Shown here: in pieces, positions 10,079 through 21,156 of the stretch
Layout of the letters: each line of letters starts with the position of its first letter
How positions within the stretch are numbered: position 1 is the first letter of the stretch
The notes under the pieces: generated by a model
Seen by the model: the letters and a program-made list of their open reading frames with translations, nothing else
Databases searched by the model: none
Told to the model about the DNA's origin: nothing
Sequence record: KP869111
Strand: one strand, 5' to 3'
DNA length: 64,000 bases
Origin: Escherichia coli O157 typing phage 13
Program-made: the position numbers and the translations under genes

Positions 10079-10091
10079 TTAGGAGATAAAA

Positions 10092-10322
10092 ATGGTACTT
10101 GAATTTAAACAATTTTTATACGAAGCATCTATTGACGAATTCATGGGTAAAATTGCTAGTTGTCATACCCTAGAAGGGCTTGAAGAATTGGAAGCTTATT
10201 ATAAGAAACGTATAAAAGAAACGGAATTAAAAGATACAGATGATATTTCTGTCAGGGATGCCTTAGCAGGTAAGCGTGCCGAACTTGAAGGCGATGATGA
10301 GGATGTGGAAGAAGACTTCTAA
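10092..10322 (+). CDS. uvsW.1: UvsW.1 acidic small protein
   Basis: 76 aa acidic ORF directly after uvsW, as in T4. Confidence 0.7.
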   Translation: MVLEFKQFLYEASIDEFMGKIASCHTLEGLEELEAYYKKRIKETELKDTDDISVRDALAGKRAELEGDDEDVEEDF

Positions 10323-10333
10323 TTAAAAAAAAA

Positions 10334-10356
10334 GGCCCGACCTTTTTGGAAGGGCC
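10334..10356. terminator. bidirectional hairpin GGCCC...GGGCC flanked by A-run and T-run
   Basis: between convergent uvsW.1 and minus-strand small gene. Confidence 0.55.
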
Positions 10357-10382
10357 AAAAACCATAGGCAAAAAAGGTAACA

Positions 10383-10550
10383 CTATAGTAAAAGTTGGGT
10401 TTCGTTCAATTGCTCTTCTGAACTTTCTGAAACCGGCAATTGTTGGACATAATTATAACAAGGACCAGGATGTGCTGGACCTTTGTCTGTTTCAACAACC
10501 AATGCAGAATCGATTGGAGTTTTACAGACAACACAAATCTTATCTGACAT
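10383..10550 (-). CDS. small Cys-containing protein (uvsY.-2-like position)
   Basis: 55-codon ORF with AGGAGG Shine-Dalgarno; below ORF-track size cutoff; preferred over overlapping plus-strand 68-aa ORF. Confidence 0.4.
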   Translation of the reverse strand: MSDKICVVCKTPIDSALVVETDKGPAHPGPCYNYVQQLPVSESSEEQLNETQLLL

Positions 10551-10579
10551 GATTGCCTCCTAAGTTGAAATTACATATC

Positions 10580-10587
10580 TATTTATA
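10580..10587 (-). promoter_or_regulatory. late promoter (TATAAATA on minus strand)
   Basis: exact reverse-complement TATAAATA about 30 nt upstream of the small minus-strand gene. Confidence 0.4.
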
Positions 10588-10807
10588 CAACTCTCATATG
10601 CATATCAATGCCCATATCTTTAGAATAAAAATATTCATCAAGATATCCGGCAAATTTTCCTTTAATATAAAGGACGTCTTCACCACACGGGTGGTCTGCC
10701 AGGATACGAATATCCTGACGACGTAGACGATACTTTTCCATTAAGAATTTAATTTCAGTTTCAAATTCTTCGTCATTATTAAAGGCATCTTCAATTGAAT
10801 AACGCAT
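10583..10807 (-). CDS. hypothetical protein (uvsY.-1-like position)
   Basis: 74 aa ORF immediately downstream of uvsY. Confidence 0.55.
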   Translation of the reverse strand: MRYSIEDAFNNDEEFETEIKFLMEKYRLRRQDIRILADHPCGEDVLYIKGKFAGYLDEYFYSKDMGIDMHMRVV

Positions 10808-11223
10808 TATTGCCCCGCTTCAAATTCTCGCATATCCTGGATATGTTTAAGTGCAAAACTACGAGACTTAACCGCGTCAAGTGCACCACTACAGAACTCA
10901 AGTAAAATTCCCCAGTATTGTAAAGTAGTCTCTATTTTAAGCACATCTTTATCTGCAGCCAGGACAGTTTTCATTTCAGATTTCTCATATCGGTCCATAC
11001 TGAATTCATCACCGTCACCTCGTCCCGAGTAGTAGTCTAATCTTGCTTTTAGAGCAGTTTTCTTCTGAGTCTCTATACGCAACATTTCTTTACGAATAAA
11101 TGAGTGCTTACGTAGCCATTTGCTGTATAACTTAACATTATTCGCCGTCTCATATTGCAACTTTGTCGTATCAATAGCTAAGTCTGCGTCTAACTCTTCC
11201 TGTAAATCTTCCAGCTTCATAAT
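10807..11223 (-). CDS. uvsY: UvsY recombination mediator
   Basis: matches T4 UvsY from internal Met (MKLEDLQEEL...); start set by homology and upstream middle promoter rather than the longest ORF. Confidence 0.9.
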   Translation of the reverse strand: MMKLEDLQEELDADLAIDTTKLQYETANNVKLYSKWLRKHSFIRKEMLRIETQKKTALKARLDYYSGRGDGDEFSMDRYEKSEMKTVLAADKDVLKIETTLQYWGILLEFCSGALDAVKSRSFALKHIQDMREFEAGQ

Positions 11224-11275
11224 ATTCTCTCTTTTAACTAATAATCTCCCGGCTGTATCGGAAGGACCTAAAACC

Positions 11276-11300
11276 ATTATACATAGGTTGCCTTGAAGCA
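11276..11300 (-). promoter_or_regulatory. MotA-dependent middle promoter for uvsY
   Basis: minus strand reads TGCTTCA, 12-nt spacer, TATAAT. Confidence 0.6.
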
Positions 11301-11699
11301 TTACACTCTATTGCTTGACGCTAACTGAAGTTTAATTTGTTCAATATCGTCAGGGTTGTCTACGACCGAAAATCTAATCTCTACTATAACCGTATAGTCA
11401 TCATATACTGGCGTTACACTTACAGAAAGTTTGTCGATGCGTGGCTCATAGTTACGAACAGCTGCCTGGATATTACGCTCAATCGTATCGGCTGTAAGTG
11501 GTGTCATGTTCTCGAAAAGTTCATCGACCAAATCACATCCAAATTCAGGGTCGAAGGGGCGTGAGCCTTTTCTAGTTGTCACTATGCCAAGAAGACTATT
11601 TTTAATAGAACGAAGTCCTACAGAACGAGCAACGTCCTTGTTCCAATCCATACGCATTTCTGGGTCGATATCTGAATAAAGTTTATTGATATTAGACAT
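11301..11699 (-). CDS. 25: baseplate wedge protein gp25
   Basis: 132 aa, same length as T4 gp25; high similarity. Confidence 0.9.
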   Translation of the reverse strand: MSNINKLYSDIDPEMRMDWNKDVARSVGLRSIKNSLLGIVTTRKGSRPFDPEFGCDLVDELFENMTPLTADTIERNIQAAVRNYEPRIDKLSVSVTPVYDDYTVIVEIRFSVVDNPDDIEQIKLQLASSNRV

Positions 11700-12325
11700 T
11701 ATAGTAACTCAAAGAATTCTTTGAGGCCTCGTATTGTGTGAACGTGTGACGCCCCACATTTGGGACATTTAATAGGGGTTGCTAGATAAATTGATGGTGA
11801 TACTAAAAGATTTTTAATATTGATCATGTCATCTTCCGTTATAAGGCCATAAAGGTCGTTTATTTCTGCTTCAGTTAAATCTTCAACAGGGATGGACTCT
11901 CCATTGACAAAAACGGCCTCAATACATGAAGCAATCATTAATGCGATATTTTTATCGTCAAATAATTTAGGTTGACGGAACTTAATTTTAATACCGCTGA
12001 ACGAATACCAGGGATCGGCCTGTTCATCTAATTGAGTGTGCAATAAATTCATATAGACTTGAAATGAATGCCCACAGGAACAATTCCAGGTGTGTTCTTG
12101 ATTCACTTCACCTAATGAATGTGCCCACAGATTTACCAACAATAACTCGGCTTCTTGTTTAGTCAAGTTTTTAGCATTAGAGCAATTAGTGATAATATTG
12201 TTCACTGCTGATTCAATAGTACCGGTAGCCCGCGCACCTATGAGTCCTAAATATTCTTTTAAAGTAAAGGCTCTACAATTCACTTCTTTATCGCCTAAAC
12301 GTACGGTAAACGTATATTTGTACAT
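11699..12325 (-). CDS. 26: baseplate hub subunit gp26
   Basis: 208 aa as T4 gp26; synteny 25-26-51. Confidence 0.85.
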   Translation of the reverse strand: MYKYTFTVRLGDKEVNCRAFTLKEYLGLIGARATGTIESAVNNIITNCSNAKNLTKQEAELLLVNLWAHSLGEVNQEHTWNCSCGHSFQVYMNLLHTQLDEQADPWYSFSGIKIKFRQPKLFDDKNIALMIASCIEAVFVNGESIPVEDLTEAEINDLYGLITEDDMINIKNLLVSPSIYLATPIKCPKCGASHVHTIRGLKEFFELL

Positions 12326-12343
12326 GTTAACTCCTTTATTGTG

Positions 12344-12355
12344 TATTTATAAATA
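12344..12355. promoter_or_regulatory. overlapping divergent late promoters (TATTTATAAATA) for genes 26 and 51
   Basis: TATAAATA readable on both strands within 12 nt between divergent genes. Confidence 0.5.
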
Positions 12356-12372
12356 ATAGAAAAGGAGTAATT

Positions 12373-13125
12373 ATGGCTAATATAATTCGTTGTAAATTAC
12401 CGGATGGTGTTCATCGTTTTAAGCCGTTCACTGTGGCGGATTATAGAGACTTTTTACTAGTTAGAAATGATATCGAACATCGTTCGCCGCAAGAACAAAA
12501 AGAAATAATTGCCGATCTGATTGATGATTATTTTGGCGAGTACCCTAAAACATGGCAACCATTTATATTCCTGCAAGTTTTTGCAGGCTCTATAGGCAAA
12601 ACAAAAGTTCCCGTTATTTTCACTTGCCCTAAATGCTCTAAAGAAAAAACTGCACCATTTGAGATATATCAAAAAGAACTAGTCGAACCTGAACTTGATG
12701 TTGCTGGTATAAAAATACGTTTTTCTTTCCCTGAAAAGTTTTATGACAATAAAGCATTAATGATAAGTGAAAACATAAAAGAAATATATTATAATGATGA
12801 ATGGTACCCATGGAATGATTTGACTGAAGAGAACCAAATCCAAGTAATAGAAGCAATAGACATTGACTCGCTCGAGAAGGTTATTGCTTCTATGAATCCT
12901 ATTAATTTGACCCTTAGATTAGGTTGTTGTGAACGTCATGTTAAAACATACACTGATATCTTAGAGGTTTTTAAATTGTTAGTTAACCCTGATGAGATTT
13001 TTACATTCTATCAGATAAACCATTCACTAGTAAAGAGTCAATACACATTGGATTCTATTATGCAAATGATTCCTGTTGAACGTGGTATTGCTTTAACATT
13101 AGTAGAAAAGGACCATAAAAAATGA
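12373..13125 (+). CDS. 51: baseplate hub assembly protein gp51
   Basis: 250 aa; T4 position between 26 and 27. Confidence 0.85.
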   Translation: MANIIRCKLPDGVHRFKPFTVADYRDFLLVRNDIEHRSPQEQKEIIADLIDDYFGEYPKTWQPFIFLQVFAGSIGKTKVPVIFTCPKCSKEKTAPFEIYQKELVEPELDVAGIKIRFSFPEKFYDNKALMISENIKEIYYNDEWYPWNDLTEENQIQVIEAIDIDSLEKVIASMNPINLTLRLGCCERHVKTYTDILEVFKLLVNPDEIFTFYQINHSLVKSQYTLDSIMQMIPVERGIALTLVEKDHKK

Positions 13126-14294
13126 CAGTATTCCAACGTCCAGGATATCCTAACTTAAGCGTTAAATTATACCAAGATTATTCTGCTTGGCAAGAAAATA
13201 GATACGTTGAACTCGCAGCAACAATAACAACTTTAACCATGCGAGATTCACTATATGGAAGAAATGAAGGGATTCTTCAATTTTATGACACTAAAAACAT
13301 CCACACTAAAATGGATGGTAGACAGATAGTTCAAATCTCTGTTTCAAATTCAAACACACCTCTCCAAGTTAGAACTCGAATTTACGGATGTAGACATTAT
13401 TCTGTGTCTGTGGACTCAAAAGGCGACAATATTATTGCAATTGAGCTTGGAACAATACATTCTATAGAGAACCTTAAATTTGGGCGTCCATTCTTCCCAG
13501 ACGCAGGCGAATCTATACGTGAAATGTTAGGTGTCATATACAAAGACCGTACGTTAATTACTCCGCCAATAAACACTATTAATGCTTATGTTCCTGATAT
13601 TCCTTGGACAAGCACATTTGATGATTATTTGGCATATGTCAGAGAATTAGGACTTGCTACAGCGAGTGATAAGTTCGTATTCGTATGGCAAGATATTTTA
13701 GGCGTAAACATGATTGACTACGATACTCTTATTGGTCAAGAAGGCATTAAGATGATTGTAGGCGAGCCAAATACTGTAGGTCAGTATATTCAAGAGCTTG
13801 AGTATCCATTAGTATGGGATTTCACCTGGATGACTAAAGCCAACCAATTTACAAGAGACCCTATTAAAAACGCCACAATATTCGCTCATTCATTTTTAGA
13901 TACATCTATTCCGGTTATTGTTACAGGCGATGGTGATAATGCTATTGTTGTGTCAAGATCCGGCGGATATTCCGAAATGACCTATCGTAATGGATTTGAA
14001 GAAGCAAGTCGTCTTCAGACAATGGCTCAATATGATGGATATGCTAAATGCACTACTACAGGCAATTTTAACATAACGCCTGCTACTAAAATTATATTTG
14101 TTGACCAAAAGAACCAATTCAAATCCGAATTTTACGTAGATGAAGTTATTCATGAGTTATCAAATAACAACTCACAAACTCATCTGTACATGTTTACCAA
14201 CTCAATGGTGTTAGAACCTGTTAACCCAGTTAAGGTTAAAAATGAACTTAAATCTGATTCTACCTCTAAAGAAAATAATTCTACCACAGTCTAA
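13122..14294 (+). CDS. 27: baseplate hub subunit gp27
   Basis: 390 aa (T4 391); synteny. Confidence 0.9.
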   Translation: MTVFQRPGYPNLSVKLYQDYSAWQENRYVELAATITTLTMRDSLYGRNEGILQFYDTKNIHTKMDGRQIVQISVSNSNTPLQVRTRIYGCRHYSVSVDSKGDNIIAIELGTIHSIENLKFGRPFFPDAGESIREMLGVIYKDRTLITPPINTINAYVPDIPWTSTFDDYLAYVRELGLATASDKFVFVWQDILGVNMIDYDTLIGQEGIKMIVGEPNTVGQYIQELEYPLVWDFTWMTKANQFTRDPIKNATIFAHSFLDTSIPVIVTGDGDNAIVVSRSGGYSEMTYRNGFEEASRLQTMAQYDGYAKCTTTGNFNITPATKIIFVDQKNQFKSEFYVDEVIHELSNNNSQTHLYMFTNSMVLEPVNPVKVKNELKSDSTSKENNSTTV

Positions 14295-14775
14295 TAAAAA
14301 GGTAATGATTCCCAAATTAGGGCTCAAACATTATAATCTTTTAAAGGACGTTAAAGGCCCTGATGAAAACATGAAAATCTTAGCTGATTCTATTTGTAAA
14401 AATATGAGTCCCGCAGATTTTGATTTTGCATGTCTACACATATTGGAATTTAATAACAAACTTAAGTCTGAAGTTGAAAAAGACGGATTCACATATAAGC
14501 TAGATGACGTCTATGTATGCCAACGAACAGAATTCCAATTCCAAGGCAATACTTTTTATTTTAGACCTCCAGGCAAATTTGAACAATTCGCTACAATCAG
14601 TGAAATGCTATCAAATTGCTTAATAAAAGTTAATGACGAAGAGAAAGAAATTTCTTTCCTTGAGATGCCTGCTTTTGTAATCAAATGGGCAGAAGACCTT
14701 TCGACAACTATTGCTATTCCAGGCCCTAATGGTCCTATTAAGGGTATAGCAGAAATTATTGGATTGCTTGAATGA
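14242..14775 (+). CDS. 28: baseplate hub distal subunit gp28
   Basis: 177 aa as in T4; overlaps end of gene 27. Confidence 0.8.
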   Translation: MNLNLILPLKKIILPQSNKKVMIPKLGLKHYNLLKDVKGPDENMKILADSICKNMSPADFDFACLHILEFNNKLKSEVEKDGFTYKLDDVYVCQRTEFQFQGNTFYFRPPGKFEQFATISEMLSNCLIKVNDEEKEISFLEMPAFVIKWAEDLSTTIAIPGPNGPIKGIAEIIGLLE

Positions 14776-16544
14776 AACCTGAAGAAATGAAATCCATGCG
14801 TAGAAATAAGGTCATTGCCGATAATAAACCACAAAAAGTAGCTGCAACAGCAGCTACCGATTCATTAGAAGCATTGAATAACATTTCATCAAAACTAGAC
14901 GATGTCCAAGCTGCGTCTGAACTCACATCACAAAGTGTAGAAGATAAAGGCAATGGAATTATTGAATCAATTGGAGACTTAAAGAATTCGACAGATAATA
15001 CTGCTGAAGGCACAGAGCTTATCGCAGAAGTTATTGAAAAACAAACTGAAGTCACTAAAAGTATAAACGAAGTTTCTAATGCAATAAACTCTAAGTTAGA
15101 CCGATTAGCTACATTATTAGAGCAAAAATTACAAACATCTACCGCTATTCAAAATACAGGAGGCACCTCTCTTGAAGTAATTGAGAACGCAATACCTGTT
15201 AAAGTGGTTGAGAACGAAACTTCTGATGAGTTGTTTAAAGCATTACCTACACCTGAAAAGATTGATAATAAGCCAGACGAAGATTTCTTCCCAGCGCCGG
15301 TTCAAGAAAGTGCTAATTCTACTTCCGATTCTAAAGGCGGAATTAGCTTTAAATTGAGCGATAAAATTGCAATGCTCACCAAAACAGTTCAAGCCGGGTT
15401 TAATAAATCAATATCCATTTCAGACAGAATTGCTGGAATGCTTTTCAAATACACTATAACGGCTGCTATTGAAGCAGCAAAAATGGCTGCACTTATTCTT
15501 GGTATTGTTATTGGTATTGATTTATTGATAGTCCATTTCAAATATTGGACAGACAAGTTCACTTCTGCCTGGGATTTATTTGATGAAAACTTTACTAAAT
15601 TCTCCGATGAAGCTAAAGAGTGGGGTAAATTCTTAAGTGATATATTCACTTCTATTGACTCGATAAAACAATTGTGGGAAGCTGGAGACTGGGGTGGTTT
15701 AACCGTTGCTATTGTCAAAGGTGTAGGAACAGCATTAATGAACTTAGGTGAACTAATTCAATTAGGAATGGCTAAACTCTCCGCGTCTATATTGCGTGCT
15801 ATAGGTTTTGGTGATACCGCTGACGAAATAGAAGGACGTGCTTTAGAAGGATTCCAAGAAACTACTGGGAACAAATTAAAGAAAGAAGACCAAGAGAAAG
15901 TCGCTAAATATCAAATGAAGCGTGACGATGGGGAATTAGGAACCGTTTCTAAAGGTCTTGATATGTTACAACGCGGCAAAACATTCGTTACTAACTGGGT
16001 TCGTGGTAATGACAATAAAGAAGAGTTTAGTACAAGTGATGAGCGCGCTGCGGAATCAGCAAAATTAAAAGAGTTACCTGAAGAGGAACGTAAAGAGGCG
16101 TACATAAAAGCGAATGAAACTCGTGCTGCACTGGTTAGATTTGAGGATTATATCGATAAAATCGATATGACTAATCCAGAAAATGCTAAAAACGTCGAGA
16201 AGTCTTATGCTGATTTAAGTAAACTTATTAAAGACCCTGAACTTAATAAAACTCCTGTTGTTAAAAAGGAAATAGATGCTAGATTTGAAAAGCTAAATAA
16301 TAAAATGGCTGAAGCCAAAAAGGCTCAGACAACAGTTAAGCCTGAATCTTCGACTAAATCTCCGGAAGCAAAACAAGTTCAGTCAATAGAGAAAGGACGT
16401 GCTTCTGAATCTAAACAACAGCAACCGGTAGCGGCGATTAGTAACACAAATAATGTCGTCAAAAAGAATACCGTAGTCCAGAATATGACCCCTGTAACAA
16501 GTACAACGGCTCCTGGAATTTTCCATGCCACCGGTGTTAATTAA
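14772..16544 (+). CDS. 29: baseplate hub / tail length determination protein gp29
   Basis: 590 aa as in T4 gp29. Confidence 0.9.
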   Translation: MKPEEMKSMRRNKVIADNKPQKVAATAATDSLEALNNISSKLDDVQAASELTSQSVEDKGNGIIESIGDLKNSTDNTAEGTELIAEVIEKQTEVTKSINEVSNAINSKLDRLATLLEQKLQTSTAIQNTGGTSLEVIENAIPVKVVENETSDELFKALPTPEKIDNKPDEDFFPAPVQESANSTSDSKGGISFKLSDKIAMLTKTVQAGFNKSISISDRIAGMLFKYTITAAIEAAKMAALILGIVIGIDLLIVHFKYWTDKFTSAWDLFDENFTKFSDEAKEWGKFLSDIFTSIDSIKQLWEAGDWGGLTVAIVKGVGTALMNLGELIQLGMAKLSASILRAIGFGDTADEIEGRALEGFQETTGNKLKKEDQEKVAKYQMKRDDGELGTVSKGLDMLQRGKTFVTNWVRGNDNKEEFSTSDERAAESAKLKELPEEERKEAYIKANETRAALVRFEDYIDKIDMTNPENAKNVEKSYADLSKLIKDPELNKTPVVKKEIDARFEKLNNKMAEAKKAQTTVKPESSTKSPEAKQVQSIEKGRASESKQQQPVAAISNTNNVVKKNTVVQNMTPVTSTTAPGIFHATGVN

Positions 16545-16552
16545 GGATTATT

Positions 16553-17662
16553 ATGATTAGTGTAAAAGAAATAGTAGTAGATGCAAAGGATTTAAATAAA
16601 GCAATCCCAGTCTCAGAAAGTGCTGGGCAAAGCACTAAAACCGAAACAACTACTAAAACTTATGTTGCTCAATTTCCTACAGGAAGAGCAGCCGGAAATG
16701 ACTCCACAGGAGACTTCCAGGTAACAGACCTTTATAAGAATGGATTATTATTTACCGCGTACAATATGTCTGCACGCGATTCAGGATCCCTCAGGAATTT
16801 ACGTCCGGCATACGCCGGGACTTCATCTAATGGTATCATATCAGATTTAACTGATAATGTGAAAGATGCAGTGACTAAATTCTCAAACGGATTGCTTCCT
16901 GCCGGAGCTAATAAATCTACTATAAATAAAACTCCTGTTGCTAATATACTTTTGCCACGTTCCAAATCTGACGTTGATACAACTTCACATCGTTTTAATG
17001 ATATCGGTGATAGCCTTATTACTAAAGGTGGAGGTACTGCTACGGGTGTTTTAAGTAACATTGCTTCTACTGCAGTTTTTGGTGCATTAGATTCTATTAC
17101 TCAAGGGCTTATGGCTGATAATAACGAACAGATTTATACGACTTCTCGTAGTATGTATGGCGGTGCTGAGAACCGTACTAAAGTCTTTACATGGGATTTA
17201 ACTCCGCGTTCAACTGAAGACCTTATGGCTATTATAAACATTTACCAGTATTTTAACTATTTCTCATATGGTGAGACCGGTAAATCACAGTACGCCCAAG
17301 AGATTAAAAGTTATTTAGACGAATGGTACCGTTCAACGTTTATTGAGCCTATGACGCCAGATGATGCAGTAAAAAATAAGACATTGTTTGAAAAGATTAC
17401 TGCGTCATTAACAAACGTATTAGTTGTAAGCAACCCTACAATTTGGATGGTTAAAAACTTTGGTTATACATCTAAATTTGATGGATTAACTGACGTATTT
17501 GGTCCATGCCAAATTCAAAGTGTACGTTTTGATAAAACTCCAAATGGACAATTTAATGGTCTCGCTGTTGCTCCTAACTTACCGTCAACATTTACGTTAG
17601 AGATAACAATGCGAGAAATTATTACATTAAACCGTTCTTCACTTTATGCGGGGACTTTCTAA
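16553..17662 (+). CDS. 48: baseplate tail-tube junction protein gp48
   Basis: 369 aa; synteny 29-48-54. Confidence 0.85.
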   Translation: MISVKEIVVDAKDLNKAIPVSESAGQSTKTETTTKTYVAQFPTGRAAGNDSTGDFQVTDLYKNGLLFTAYNMSARDSGSLRNLRPAYAGTSSNGIISDLTDNVKDAVTKFSNGLLPAGANKSTINKTPVANILLPRSKSDVDTTSHRFNDIGDSLITKGGGTATGVLSNIASTAVFGALDSITQGLMADNNEQIYTTSRSMYGGAENRTKVFTWDLTPRSTEDLMAIINIYQYFNYFSYGETGKSQYAQEIKSYLDEWYRSTFIEPMTPDDAVKNKTLFEKITASLTNVLVVSNPTIWMVKNFGYTSKFDGLTDVFGPCQIQSVRFDKTPNGQFNGLAVAPNLPSTFTLEITMREIITLNRSSLYAGTF

Positions 17663-18624
17663 TGTACTCTTTAGAAGAATTTAATAACCAAGCTATAAAT
17701 GCAGATTTCCAACGAAACAATATGTTTAGTTGTGTATTTGCTACTACACCATCGACTAAATCATCTTCACTAATTTCGTCAATTGGTAGTTTTGCTTATA
17801 ATAACTTAGGGTTGGATTCTGATTGGTTAGGATTAACTCGAGGTGATATCAATCAGGGTGTAACAACCCTGATTACAGCAGGAACACAGAAATTAATTCG
17901 AAAATCAGGTATAAGTAAATATCTGATTGGAGCAATGAGTCAACGTACGGTACAAAGCTTGTTAGGTGAGTTCACAGTCGGAGCTTATCTGATAGACTTC
18001 TTCAATATGGCATATAATAATACAGGTTTAATGATTTATTCTGTAAAAATGCCTGAGAACCGATTATCGTATGAAACAGATTTCAACTATAACTCCCCGA
18101 ACATCCGAATTACCGGTCGTGAAATGGACCCGTTAGTAATAAGCTTTAGAATGGATTCCGAAGCATCTAACTTTAGAGCAATGCAAGACTGGGTAAACTC
18201 GGTCCAAGACCCTGTAACAGGTCTTCGTGCTTTACCACAAGACGTCGAAGCGGATATTCAGGTTAATTTACATGCACGAAATGGTTTACCACATACCGCT
18301 GTCATGTTCACTGGATGTATTCCTGTTAGCGTCTCTTCTCCTGAGTTAACGTATGATGGTGATAACCAAATAACAGTTTTTGACGTAACATTTGCTTATC
18401 GCGTTATGCAATCAGGTGCTGTAAATAGACAGGCTGCTTTAGAATGGCTGGAATCAGGACTTATTAGTAGTGTTTCAGGAATGTTTGGGAATAATCAAAA
18501 TGATTCTGGGCTAGGAAGTGCAGTATCAAGACTTTCTAGATTAGGTGGGACTGCTGGAGGTGTGTCTAATATAAACACATTGACAGGTGTGGTGAATTCT
18601 GCATCAAGAGTTTTAGGTCTATAA
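17662..18624 (+). CDS. 54: baseplate tail-tube initiator gp54
   Basis: 320 aa as in T4 gp54. Confidence 0.85.
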   Translation: MYSLEEFNNQAINADFQRNNMFSCVFATTPSTKSSSLISSIGSFAYNNLGLDSDWLGLTRGDINQGVTTLITAGTQKLIRKSGISKYLIGAMSQRTVQSLLGEFTVGAYLIDFFNMAYNNTGLMIYSVKMPENRLSYETDFNYNSPNIRITGREMDPLVISFRMDSEASNFRAMQDWVNSVQDPVTGLRALPQDVEADIQVNLHARNGLPHTAVMFTGCIPVSVSSPELTYDGDNQITVFDVTFAYRVMQSGAVNRQAALEWLESGLISSVSGMFGNNQNDSGLGSAVSRLSRLGGTAGGVSNINTLTGVVNSASRVLGL

Positions 18625-18634
18625 GAAAAAAAAA

Positions 18635-18651
18635 GGGAGACGTTGTCTCCC
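18635..18651. terminator. hairpin GGGAGACGTTGTCTCCC flanked by A-run and T-run
   Basis: between convergent gene 54 and minus-strand gene. Confidence 0.65.
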
Positions 18652-18660
18652 TTTAGGGGT

Positions 18661-18954
18661 TTATTTACGGAATGAAAGAAATGCTGGTGCTCGGAATGGA
18701 GTATCATCTTTAGAGTATTTAACTAATACGACCATTGGTACCTCTGTTTCTAAATGACCTGTCAGTACACCGATAAAAATTTGATCAGTGTGTTCAGGGT
18801 CACGAAAGTTTTTAAGAGGTTCCATAGCAATATGGAATGCACCTGGGAATACTCGATTCAATTCGTCAATCACAGCTTCGTTAAAAACATCATCCGCTGG
18901 GATAGCATCTTCAACTACTAGTTCTTGACCATTAAAGCGAAGCATAGATTTCAT
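18661..18954 (-). CDS. hypothetical early protein (alt.-1-like position)
   Basis: ORF with GAGGAG Shine-Dalgarno; start chosen at internal ATG downstream of early promoter. Confidence 0.5.
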   Translation of the reverse strand: MKSMLRFNGQELVVEDAIPADDVFNEAVIDELNRVFPGAFHIAMEPLKNFRDPEHTDQIFIGVLTGHLETEVPMVVLVKYSKDDTPFRAPAFLSFRK

Positions 18955-18975
18955 AACGTTCTCCTCATGTTGTTG

Positions 18976-19013
18976 ATAGGATGATAGTATCACACATCCA
19001 TGTGCTTGTAAAC
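18976..19013 (-). promoter_or_regulatory. early-type promoter (GTTTAC box)
   Basis: GTTTAC, 17-nt spacer, ATACTAT; overlaps 3-prime end of alt. Confidence 0.5.
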
Positions 19014-21100
19014 TATCCTTGAACAAATTTAAACGGAACCGATTCCAAATCCATTAAAGATGCTAACAGTTTCAATCCTTTAGGAGCACTAGTTTTTTCT
19101 ACAAATGAGGAGAACGATACCGGCTCATCCGATTCGATTTCACCCGTCATAGCAACCACCTCGCCTGTTTCCATGAGAACATCACCATCGTAAATTACAG
19201 CTTCGTCCAACTGGTCTGAGGACATAACTTCAGCTTGAATAAATTTAAGGTTGGATTCTAAACCTGCACCAGTGTCAGATGACGCATCTGTAATTTTATT
19301 TATCTGCAAGAGAATGCCTCTAGGCAAAATAATTTCTTGCTCATTAGGGTGATTACTCAACTGTCCTGGATAAATCACGTTAACTTTATGGGCGCCGTCA
19401 ATAGCCCATCCAACGTTAACACGGATTTGTTCTGGTGCATGCATAGCTGTTCTTACTTGACTAGGAGAAATAGTAACACCTTCGTCATTATTGTCAATGT
19501 TAAGCTCTTTGCGAACTTCTTCAGGAGCAAGTCCAAGGGCAACGTTCTCTTTAAACCCGCCAAAAATAATAGGAGCTAATGAAGTAGAAACATAGTTTCT
19601 GAAGTAGAATACCTTATTTTTAACCATTGCTTCGTAAATAGGCATTCTGATAGACTGGGCTCTATACAACGTTAGTCCTTCAGGTAAACGGTCTCCATTT
19701 AAAAACGCCGAATCAAGACCATCAATAGCGCGTTTAACTTCATCTTCATCTGCAACATCATAAAAATCCGGTTTATAACGGCCTAACAACATATTATTGA
19801 TATCGGTATACGCAGAAGAGGCATATTCACGAATAGCTCGTTTTTCAGCAACAGAGTATTGTTTAGGGTCCCGATTCATTGTTATATTAAAGGTGCCTCT
19901 AGCCGATTCTCGTGCATAAGTATACATCACATTAGACAAGAACGCTGATTTACGTTGTTTCCAAGTTTTTTCAGATACTTCAGCTAAAACGTCGTCAGCC
20001 AGTTGGAAATTATCTCGTCTAAAATCTTCAAACCATTCGTCTTTAATAGAGTCTGCAATTTCGTTTGCAGCTTCAACAAAAGCAGCTAATGCTTTAACAG
20101 ATGTTGTTTTTTCAGTTTTAATTTTCTTAGCAAACTTTTCTAAAGTTGGCTTAATAACACTACCATAAGAAACTTCATCAGCAAATCTAAAGGATTCATC
20201 AATACGATTATAAATCTTATTTTCGATATCAGCAACTAGAGTGCCTTTTGCTGTAGACGATGCCTGGGCTAGTACGATTTCATATGCTTCAGGAAGTAAT
20301 TCAGCTGTAGCTGGGCCACTAACTTCTTTAGCAGAATTTTCGTATTTCTGGAATAACTCGCCTTCTTGGCGGTCAGCTTCTAAAGATTGACTTGCTGCAA
20401 TAGCGCGACGAGAAATTTTAGTACGAGCAATAACAGGCTTATCTTTACGTTTTTCTTCTACAGCAGCAATAGAACCAGCGATAGCCGTTTCTTTGGTGAC
20501 TTTTTCGCCAGTCTTTTTACTCACATAAACTTCACCAACATCAGAATCTACTTTCGTGTACAACTCTGTGTTAATGTTAGGGATGCCTTTAATATCTTCA
20601 ATGTTGGCATTTTTACGAACCATCATCACATAGGTGTGTTTACCTGTGAATTGATACATTGCAGACAATACTTTAAAACGACCACCAGTTTTAGTAGAAA
20701 CTAAACGAGCAAGAAGAGTTTGAAGTTGTTGTCCACGTCCTTTCAATTTCTTGGTAGGGAATCGGAACAAAACTGCATCCATACGAAGAGCTTTAACCTG
20801 TTCATACACTGTATTGAAAATGGTGTTGATTGCATCAATAGGAGCAGGACCAAGACCATTTTTTAATTCAGCGAGATTACCCTTTTCAGAAAGACTCATA
20901 ATAACGACATGAGCGTATTTGTCACCAAGTTTAACTTGTTTTACAGCATCGCCTTCGGAAAGGTAAGAGAATAAACGAACTACGATGTTTGTATCGATAT
21001 CACCAATTTTCCAGACTTGTGGAACTTTAGCTTTAGGGTTCAAATTGACGACAGGAAGACTGCCTTCAGATTCAAACACTTCATTTAATTGTTCAGACAT
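19013..21100 (-). CDS. alt: Alt ADP-ribosyltransferase (packaged in head)
   Basis: 695 aa (T4 682); T4 position between 54 and 30. Confidence 0.85.
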   Translation of the reverse strand: MSEQLNEVFESEGSLPVVNLNPKAKVPQVWKIGDIDTNIVVRLFSYLSEGDAVKQVKLGDKYAHVVIMSLSEKGNLAELKNGLGPAPIDAINTIFNTVYEQVKALRMDAVLFRFPTKKLKGRGQQLQTLLARLVSTKTGGRFKVLSAMYQFTGKHTYVMMVRKNANIEDIKGIPNINTELYTKVDSDVGEVYVSKKTGEKVTKETAIAGSIAAVEEKRKDKPVIARTKISRRAIAASQSLEADRQEGELFQKYENSAKEVSGPATAELLPEAYEIVLAQASSTAKGTLVADIENKIYNRIDESFRFADEVSYGSVIKPTLEKFAKKIKTEKTTSVKALAAFVEAANEIADSIKDEWFEDFRRDNFQLADDVLAEVSEKTWKQRKSAFLSNVMYTYARESARGTFNITMNRDPKQYSVAEKRAIREYASSAYTDINNMLLGRYKPDFYDVADEDEVKRAIDGLDSAFLNGDRLPEGLTLYRAQSIRMPIYEAMVKNKVFYFRNYVSTSLAPIIFGGFKENVALGLAPEEVRKELNIDNNDEGVTISPSQVRTAMHAPEQIRVNVGWAIDGAHKVNVIYPGQLSNHPNEQEIILPRGILLQINKITDASSDTGAGLESNLKFIQAEVMSSDQLDEAVIYDGDVLMETGEVVAMTGEIESDEPVSFSSFVEKTSAPKGLKLLASLMDLESVPFKFVQG

Positions 21101-21140
21101 AGTGTTTTCCTTTTAGTAATAATTTATATTTATGCCAAAA

Positions 21141-21156
21141 AGAGCCCGAAGGCTCT
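21141..21156 (-). terminator. hairpin AGAGCCCGAAGGCTCT
   Basis: CGAA on plus strand gives UUCG loop on minus transcript; upstream of alt. Confidence 0.5.

Noticed and set aside
10346-10552. 68-aa plus-strand ORF after uvsW.1
   Set aside because: No ribosome-binding site and it runs into the terminator; a minus-strand small gene with AGGAGG Shine-Dalgarno and a late promoter occupies the same interval and fits the local gene direction.
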